Source of the DNA: Octopus sinensis
Taxonomy: Eukaryota
DNA: 14,107 bases
Assembly: GCF_006345805.1 (NCBI RefSeq)
Contig: NW_021825893.1
Span: forward strand, 1 to 14,107
Direction of reading: 5' to 3'
The notes beneath the pieces were generated by a model, which was not told where the DNA came from, made no database searches, and worked only from the letters and a program-made list of their open reading frames with translations. The stretch's first letter is position 1, and each line of letters starts with the position of its first letter. Below, one piece after another: positions 7,657-14,107 of the stretch. A program made the translations under genes and the position numbers.

Positions 7657-7764
7657 CTACGTATATTTCCTAATTTGTACAGGGGATGTTTCATTTATGA
7701 GGACGTACTCCTGTATTTGTTTGAGGGTTGGGTCCTTTGGGTGCTTGGATAAAATGTGGATGTC
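7657..7764 (-). pseudogene. C-terminus of Penelope-type GIY-YIG endonuclease (copy 2)
   Basis: DIHILSKHPKDPTLKQIQEYVLINETSPVQIRKYT* (36 codons including the stop), homologous to 6025-6132. Confidence 0.75.
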
Positions 7765-7781
7765 AAAAAAACACAAAAAAG

Positions 7782-7857
7782 GAGAAGGAAAGTATAGAGC
7801 GAGTATATCGATTCCACAGCAACTTATTGAAAATCATGAGCAGTCGATTGGAAAATT
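7782..7857 (+). mobile_element. Isolated fragment of the Merlin 5' UTR/ORF start
   Basis: Direct repeat of 8713-8791 (CGAGTATATCGATT.C.CAGCA.CTTATTGAAAAT..CATGAGCAGTCGA.TGGAAAATT). Confidence 0.75.
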
Positions 7858-8431
7858 ACTGAACTCCTACACCAGCCATAGAAGTCTCTCAGCCGCATGG
7901 ACTTGCCTCTCTAGACACCGAGACGCGTGCCCATTGACTTTCATTGGTTACTTCGTGTTCTTGTAAATATCTGATATTCTTGCAAAAATTTTCGACTGAA
8001 AGTGTACGAGGACCAATTCAACAACAAAAGGACTATATATAAAAATAAAGTAATAAAAATTGAGAGGAAGCGGAAATCGTTGTCACAAAGAATGCTCTTT
8101 CACAATTACTTCTTAAGATCTAAAAATATAGCCGTTTACAAACACACTAATTGCTAATGACAAAAATTCTAAGTACAATATTATCTTTTATTATTAATTG
8201 CAATAAATCTTTTGAAGATTATTACTGGTACTGTTCTGAAAATAGAAGGCATACTTTTGGTTTTAATTTCATTACAACTTGTTTATTTGTTTACTCCACA
8301 TCCACTTACCTCTCTCTCTCTTCTTCTTCTTCTTCTTCTTCAATTATTGGGGGGAAATAGCAACTTGTCAATGCAGAAATGCTTTAACATTACCAGTATA
8401 ATACATATACTGTAAACATTGTAGACATCGG

Positions 8432-9863
8432 ATCTGTTCGGTTTCATACACCAGATACGAATATATTTTTTCAATATTTCTACACGGATGTAGATTTTCG
8501 TGCTAATTACGAAAATCGTATTCACTTCCTGAGAAATAAAACTGAAGAAGTGACGTAACTTTATTAATTGAATTTCTGTTAATCAGATGCGACCATAGTC
8601 TATTCGTAGGAAGTCAGAACAGACGTCTAACTGTAATTTGAGTTGCATTTTTTTTTCTGGTTTCGTTTTGTTTTTTAGACGTGTTTATGAAGCGAGTGTA
8701 TCGAAAAGAAACGAGAAGAAAGATATCGAACGAGTATATCGATTTCGCAGCAGCTTATTGAAAATCCTCATGAGCAGTCGAATGGAAAATTTGGGACACT
8801 TTGAAAAGAGAGGAAGATGCAGTAGAATATATCCAATAGAAGTAGATACTACCGCCAAGAAGGCTTTGTAAACTAAAGCGCCAAATAAAAATTTCTGTTG
8901 TTGGTGAAAGCATCCCTTGGAAATGCAAGAAAACTGCATCCAAGGAATTTGTGTCTGCTAGGAAAGGAAACTAGTTTGAAGGTAATATTCTTCCACTAAT
9001 GATTATGGTTGTATTCATTTATTGTTGGGTGAAAGAACCTAGAAATGTTCGTTTCTGAGAGGAGGAGTTAGAAATAAACTATAGTATTGTGGTTGATTAT
9101 AATAACTATATGAGGGAAGTATATGCAGAAGACCTTATACAAAACCCAATGCAGATTAGGTGGTCGTGGACGGTCGTCGAGATCGACATGACAATGAATT
9201 CTAGATGAAAATACCAACAAGGAAGAGCGCTACCAAAGCTGTGAGTGTTTGGTGGTGTGTGCCATGAGACGCAGCAGGTATGGGACTACAAAACCCACCT
9301 TTTACGATAGGTTCATAACTCTGTGAGTTTATGTGGCAGCACAGACACGGAAATTGTTGTCCTGTTTCAAAGGATGTCAGAACGCATAACCGAATTCCTT
9401 TGGCCATATGTTAATTTGTTGTGTTGTTTCATTTTCTTACTTAAAATAAATATATTGTTTCACTTTTTTCATTAAATATTTTTATCATTAAAAAGACTTT
9501 TACGTTTTTATTATTTACATCATTAATTTCGTATTCTTTTATCAAATACTTTTTATTTTTACCGACGTATCTCAAACAACTCGCGTTTCAATAAATAAAT
9601 AAATAAATAAATATAATAACGGAAGAAATTGCAAGTGGACATCAGTTCCGCTTTGCACCGCGTCGAAAATGGTTGCACCGGATTTGCTGAAATTTCCTAG
9701 TTTTTTCAATTTTTTAAGTTACATAACTTCTTTAGTTTTAATTTCTCGTGGTCGTGGTCGTGGTAGTGGGAGATGATTATGATTTTCGTTTTGATTGGAA
9801 AACTACATGCATGTAAAATATTTCAAAAAAAAATATGAACCGGGCGTGTGAAACCGAGAAGAT
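8432..9863 (+). mobile_element. Merlin (IS1595-like) DNA transposon, internally deleted, with long degenerate TIRs
   Basis: 8432-8639 aligns in several blocks with the reverse complement of 9626-9863 (e.g. TCGGTTTCATACACC vs TCGGTTTCACACGCC; GAGAAATAAAACTGAAGAAGTGACGTAACTT vs GAGAAATTAAAACTAAAGAAGTTATGTAACTT). The TIRs enclose the transposase. No TSD was resolved. Confidence 0.8.
8770..9409 (+). pseudogene. Merlin/IS1595-family DDE transposase, decayed
   Basis: MSSRMEN/WDTLKREEDAVEYIQ*K*ILPPRRLCKLKRQIKISVVGESIPWKCKKTASKEFVSARKGN*FEGNILPLMIMVVFIYCWVKEPRNVRF*EEELEINYSIVVDYNNYMREVYAEDLIQNPMQI/GGRG/TVVEIDMTMNSR*KYQQGRALPKL*VFGGVCHET..YKTHL..VHNS..ITEFLWPY. Hallmark motifs: GG.G..VEID, RKY..GR, WVFGG.CRET, EFLW. 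Confidence 0.9.
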
Positions 9864-9893
9864 ACAACCAATCCTTCTACAAGGTATTATATA

Positions 9894-10115
9894 TATTTCT
9901 TTATTGCCCACAAGGGGCTAAACATAGAGAGGACAAACAAAGGGATTAAGTCGATTACATCGACCCCAGTGCGAGACTGGTACTTTTATTTATCGACCCC
10001 GAAAGGATGAAAGGAAAAGTCGACCTCGGCGGAATTTGAACTCAGAACGTAACGACAGACGAAATACTGCGAAGCATTCCGCCCGGGGCGCTAACGTGTC
10101 TGCCAGCTTGCCGCC
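9894..10115 (-). mobile_element. tRNA-derived SINE (family 1) with perfect 16-bp TSD
   Basis: TSD TACAAGGTATTATATA at 9878-9893 and 10116-10131. Body homologous to the other family 1 copies. Confidence 0.95.
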
Positions 10116-10244
10116 TACAAGGTATTATATAATATGATTTCCAACATGTTCGGAATCAATATATAAACATGGGGATCATTTTGGCAATGAGACTTAACCA
10201 GACGAAACGACAATACTATACAGAATCTCATTGTGCGCTACTAT

Positions 10245-10907
10245 GTCAAGCAACAGCACAAACAAACGAATTCGATAGACTTGAAGCAGAATCGAAGAAA
10301 AAGAATCTATAGAGTCTTCTTCACTAACAAACTAAAGGCTTTTAGCAACATAACGGAACATAGCAAAGCTGACAAGAAAGGAAAAACAATCCCAAGATCT
10401 GTTCACAAATTAACAGAATATATTATCAGATGTATTGAAGAAAATTAAAAAGTAACAACTGTGTTATCTTAGCTAAGATGTAAAATATAAAGAGAAACAC
10501 GAATGAAAAATAAAACAACACAACCCATGCTATAAACTGTAAAACTTTGTAGCTGTGAAGTGGGTATGGAATTTAAGCTTCGCATGGTCAAAGGCGACAC
10601 TCAAAGGAGCAGGTCGTCCAAGTTGATAAACCGTGAAAATTAAATGAGCATGACATTAGATGAACTGGAAACAGTTGAAGCGTATATATTCCTGCAGTTT
10701 TATAGAGGTGAATATATTTAGCTCGCTAGAATGCAATAATTTAGTCCGAAATTAATATAATTCAGAGGTGTAGGATGAACTCAACACGACACATAAAATG
10801 AAAGCAATTAACATCCTAGCAGTCCCGGCGGTAAGCTACGGATTCAGTTAAGTAAACTGGAATGTACAAGACATTAAAATACTGGACACAAATTCATGAA
10901 AACTATT
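10245..10907 (+). pseudogene. Heavily decayed non-LTR retrotransposon (R4/Dong-like) ORF fragments
   Basis: GMEF.L..KATLK (from 10563) and KMKAINILAVPAVSYGFS*VNWNVQDIKILDT..KL (10795-10907) match the recalled R4/Dong RT C-terminal pattern. KRIR..EAESKKK/RVFFTNKLKAF (10262-10345) fits the upstream part. Confidence 0.6.
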
Positions 10908-11243
10908 ATCTTTTGACCTTGTTTTGGTCATTGGACGGTGGTCATGCTTGAAGCGTGTAATCGAACAAATAGAGCCTTATTTTTTAAGTTTGGTATTTAT
11001 TTATTTAATTGGTTTCTTTTGCCGAATCGCTAGTTACTTGGAACATAAACAAACTAACATCTCCTGAAAAGCGTTGCGAGGAGGGTGGGGAAACACAAAC
11101 ACACACATTCGACAGACTTCTACATCGAAGAGCATTGGTCGCTCCGGAGCCATGTAGTAAAAGACACTTACTCAAGTGGAACTGAACCCGAAATCTCTTT
11201 GTTGCAAAACGAGCTTCTTAACAACACTACCATGCCAGCATCT
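10906..11243 (-). mobile_element. Old, diverged copy of bipartite SINE family 2
   Basis: Both halves recognisable (TCTTTTGCCGAATCGCTAGTTAC; GTAGTAAAAGACACTTACTCAAG..GAACTGAACCCGAAA), joined by a short CA tract. Confidence 0.75.
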
Positions 11244-11253
11244 GTCAAAGCTT

Positions 11254-11432
11254 TATAGTAATCCTTCGCCATTTCGCGGTTCACATATCACGTTTATTAT
11301 TTAAGCTTACGCCGATTCCTCCGTGGTATTGTTTGGCATTTATAATTAAATAAATATATACAAATCATAAAAATAATAAATATATAGTACTGTTACTACT
11401 TCGCGGATTTTCACCTCTCGCGGGTGTTACGT
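11254..11432. mobile_element. pogo/Tigger-type MITE (copy 2), right TIR missing
   Basis: TA + TAGTAATCCTTCGCCATTTCGCGGTTCAC. Aligns with 1581-1775. Confidence 0.75.
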
Positions 11433-11487
11433 TCATATTTTTTTCTACTAGGGCGGCGAGCTGGTAGACACATCTGTCTTTGAAAAA

Positions 11488-11887
11488 GGCGGCGAGCTGG
11501 CAGAAAGGTTAGCACGCCGGGCGAAATGCGTAGCCGTATTTCGTCTGCCGTTACGTTCTGAGTTCAAATTCCGCCGAGGTCGACTTTGCCTTTCATCCTT
11601 TCGGGGTCGATTAAAAAAGTACCAGTTACTACTGGGGTCGATATAATCGACTTAATCTGTCTGTCTGTCCTTGTTTGTCTCCTCTGTGTTTAGCCCCTTG
11701 TGGGTAGTAAAGAAATAGGTATTTCGTCTGCCGCTACGTTCTGAGTTCAAATTCCACCGAGGTCGACTTAGCCTTTCAACCTTTCGGGGTCGATTAAATA
11801 AGTACCGGTTACACACTGGGACCGATTTAATCGACTTAATCCCTTTGTCTGTCCTTGTTTAGCCTCCCTGTGGGCAATAAAGAAATA
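11488..11887 (+). mobile_element. SINE family 1 dimer: full unit 11488-11717 plus headless unit 11718-11887
   Basis: A-box head occurs only in the first unit. Junction AAAGAAATA|GGTATTTCGTC. Confidence 0.92.
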
Positions 11888-11891
11888 AATA

Positions 11892-12448
11892 TTCTTTTCT
11901 ACTCTAGGCACAAGGCCAGAAATTTTGGTGGAGGGGGACAGTCGATTAGATCGACCCCGGTACTAATTGGTACTTAATTTATCGACCCCAAAAGGCAAAG
12001 TCGACCTCGGCGGAATTTGAACTGAGAATGTAAGGACAAACGAAATACCTATTTCTTTACTATCCACAAGGAGCTAGGACAAACAAGGACAGACAAATGG
12101 ATTAAGTCGATTATATCGACCCCAGTGCGTAACTGGTACTTAATTTATCGACCCCGAAAGGATGAAAGGCAAAGTTGACCTCGGCGGAATTTGAACTCAG
12201 ACGGCAGACGAAATACCTATTTCTTTACTACCCACAAGGGGCTAAACACAGAGAGGACAAACAAGGACAGACAAACGGATTAAGTCGATTATATCGACCC
12301 CAGTGCGTAACTGGTACTTAATTTATCGACCCCGAAAGGATGAAAGGCAAAGTCGACCTCGGCAGAATTTGAACTCAGAACGTAACGGCAGACGAAATAC
12401 AGCTACGCATTTCGCCCGGCGTGCTAACGTTTCTGCCAGCTCGCCGCC
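11892..12448 (-). mobile_element. SINE family 1 trimer: full unit 12448-12218, headless units 12217-12050 and 12049-11892 (last one has a variant tail)
   Basis: The same junction appears twice in reverse (GAAATACC|TATTTCTTT). The terminal unit has the different tail TTTCTACTCTAGGCACAAGGCCAGAAATTTTGG. Confidence 0.92.
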
Positions 12449-12907
12449 TTCGTATATGATTCATAAACCAACATGCTACATCGCAAACTACAAATATATT
12501 TAGAGGCAAAACGAAGGAAGAGGCCTTGTACAATTTAAATCTATAAAACTGGTACAGTTGAACAAGACTAGGAGCGGGGAGCGCTTTTTTGTTGTTTTGT
12601 TTTTTATATATTTGAAGACTTGATTTAATTATGTGTAATCTAGTAAAGCCGTATTAGAGAAAATAATAAACATACCGTAAAATGTATTTACTATAGAAGT
12701 ATAATTATAGGTATTATGCGTAAGAAATCAAAATGTAGATATCTTTTTAAAAATTTAAGAACATTATAATTAGCATAATGTTATATAATCCAACAAAAAA
12801 TGCATTTTTTTTAAATCCAAAATTCCAGGCTTCTCTCAGAGGCTGTAGGTTCCTCCACCAGCCAGACATCTCAAAAAAAGAAAAGAAGAAAGAAAAGCAA
12901 GTCATAG

Positions 12908-13031
12908 GAACATTCATGGCCTTGTCGTTAAAAGGCTCCCTTTGCAACCTTGGACAAGTGTCTTCTATTATAGCTCCGATCTGATCAATGCCGTGTGTGA
13001 ATTTGGTAACGGAAACTGTGTGGAAGCCCGT

Positions 13032-13090
<59 letters not shown>

Positions 13091-13232
13091 CTATAGCAAA
13101 GCTGGCAAACAGGAAAAACAATCCCAGAAGTTCCCGCCGCTAATGGTCATATTTACATACCGAAATCTACCGGTACATAATTGTTGGTTGTCTGAAAAAC
13201 CATCGAAGAAATTATTTACCCTTATTATTATT

Positions 13233-13314
<82 letters not shown>

Positions 13315-13546
13315 GTATACATGTATTTATATATATATATGTGTGTGTGTGTGCATGTATGTATGCATGTTTTTGACAACCGATGTTCGTATGTTTACGT
13401 CTCCGTAACTTAACGGTTCGGCAAAAGTGACCGATAGAATAAGTATTAAGCTTACAAAGAATAAGTCCCGAGTTCGATTTGTTTGACTAAAGGCGGTGCT
13501 CCAGCACGGCCGTAGTCAAAGGATTAAATCAAAAGAATGAAAATAA
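12908..13546 (+). mobile_element. Bipartite SINE family 2 with expanded interior: (TA)n, ~140-bp insert, (TAGA)n
   Basis: 5' half 12908-13032 (CCTTGGACAAGTGTCTTCTATTATAGC..GGAAACTGTGTGGAAGCCCG) and 3' half 13374-13546. Confidence 0.8.
13234..13313. repeat. (TAGA)20 tetranucleotide microsatellite
   Basis: Perfect repeat, directly visible. Confidence 0.97.
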
Positions 13547-13660
13547 CGTATATAGGTTCATGCATGTATATATTCATATACAAATACATATTATGCACGT
13601 ATCTGTGTATAATTGTGTCAGAGCGCGCGCACGTGTGTTTGTGCATGTGTGTGTGAAAAT

Positions 13661-13967
13661 GCATGACTTAAGGGTTAAAGTAATCGACTCACGGTTGTAA
13701 AGTAGCGAGTTCGATTCCCAGCGGCGTGTTGAGCAAGACACTTTATTTCCCGTTGCTCTAGTCCATTCAGCAGAAGTTAGTTGTGCCTGTAATTCAAAAG
13801 GCCGGCCTTGTCCCGTTCTGTGGTACACTGAATCCCTCCGAGAATTACGTTAAGGGTACGCGTGTCTGTAAAGTGCTCAGCCACTTGCACGTTAATTTCA
13901 TGAGTAGGTTGTTCCTTTGATCAAATCAACTGAAACACTCGTCAGCGTAACCGATGGAGTGCCAGTT
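13661..13967 (+). mobile_element. tRNA-derived SINE (family 3)
   Basis: tRNA-like head with B box GAGTTCGATTCCC, body homologous to 1289-1560, followed by (TA)n. Confidence 0.82.
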
Positions 13968-13970
13968 ATA

Positions 13971-14021
<51 letters not shown>

Positions 14022-14107
14022 CAGCAAAACGCCCCACTCCTCGTCCAATGGACGGTGCTGAGTTTGTCAAAAATTTGAACCAAATTTTCTCAAAACAACT
14101 TGTCCCG

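Larger units (their letters stand above)
6721..7765 (-). mobile_element. Penelope-like element family A, copy 2 (5'-truncated)
   Basis: Colinear with copy 1 over ~1 kb: GIY-YIG end, microsatellite-like 3' region, HHR, tail. Confidence 0.8.

Noticed and set aside
7858-7965. GC-richer ~110-bp segment as a coding exon
   Set aside because: No recognisable motif in six frames and no convincing splice-site pair.
8005-8040. mariner-like TIR start TA-CGAGGACCAATTC
   Set aside because: No partner TIR or transposase found nearby.
8638-8900. piggyBac C-terminal Cys-rich domain (GHFEKRGRC..SRYY)
   Set aside because: Another frame of the same bases gives a continuous Merlin transposase N-terminus that runs on into the VEID and WVFGG motifs, and the expected cysteines are missing.
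11488-12448. CRISPR-like array or tRNA gene cluster
   Set aside because: The units are ~160-230-bp SINE bodies with no unique spacers, and the heads do not complete a cloverleaf.
13145-13185. Further HHR-like motif (CCGCUAA UGGUCAUAUUUACAUACC GAAAUCU)
   Set aside because: Two or more core mismatches, a poor helix II and no clear stem I; too degenerate to support.
84-14083. Most ORF-track entries (VCVC, YIYI, HTHT, VVVV, LLLL rich)
   Set aside because: They are translations of TG, TA, CA and GTA microsatellites or SINE bodies, with no domain-like content.
13999-14107. Possible DNA-transposon terminus TA-CAGCAAAACGCCCC near 14019 at the window end
   Set aside because: The window ends before any partner TIR could be seen.

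Overview
AT-rich, microsatellite-dense animal DNA made almost entirely of nested transposable elements. No host protein-coding exon can be supported; most ORF-track entries are translations of (TG)n/(TA)n repeats. The SINE families resemble, from recall and not from a search, those of octopus (coleoid cephalopod) genomes. The main result is a set of Penelope-like retroelement (PLE) pieces from at least three families, each with a minimal type I hammerhead-ribozyme (HHR)-like motif whose core is non-canonical. One family has core UUGAAAA (a compensatory U3-A8 pair; 3 copies), a GIY-YIG endonuclease C-terminus and an inverted 5' pLTR. Two families have a CCGANGA core, and one of these sits in a 216-bp near-perfect palindrome. 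The window also holds a Merlin (IS1595-like) transposon with ~210-240 bp TIRs and a decayed transposase, a DD37D (maT) Tc1/mariner remnant, R4/Dong-like LINE fragments, two pogo/Tigger-type MITEs, three tRNA-SINE families, and a ~960-bp tail-to-tail inverted array of five SINE units. All alignments and folds were done by eye.
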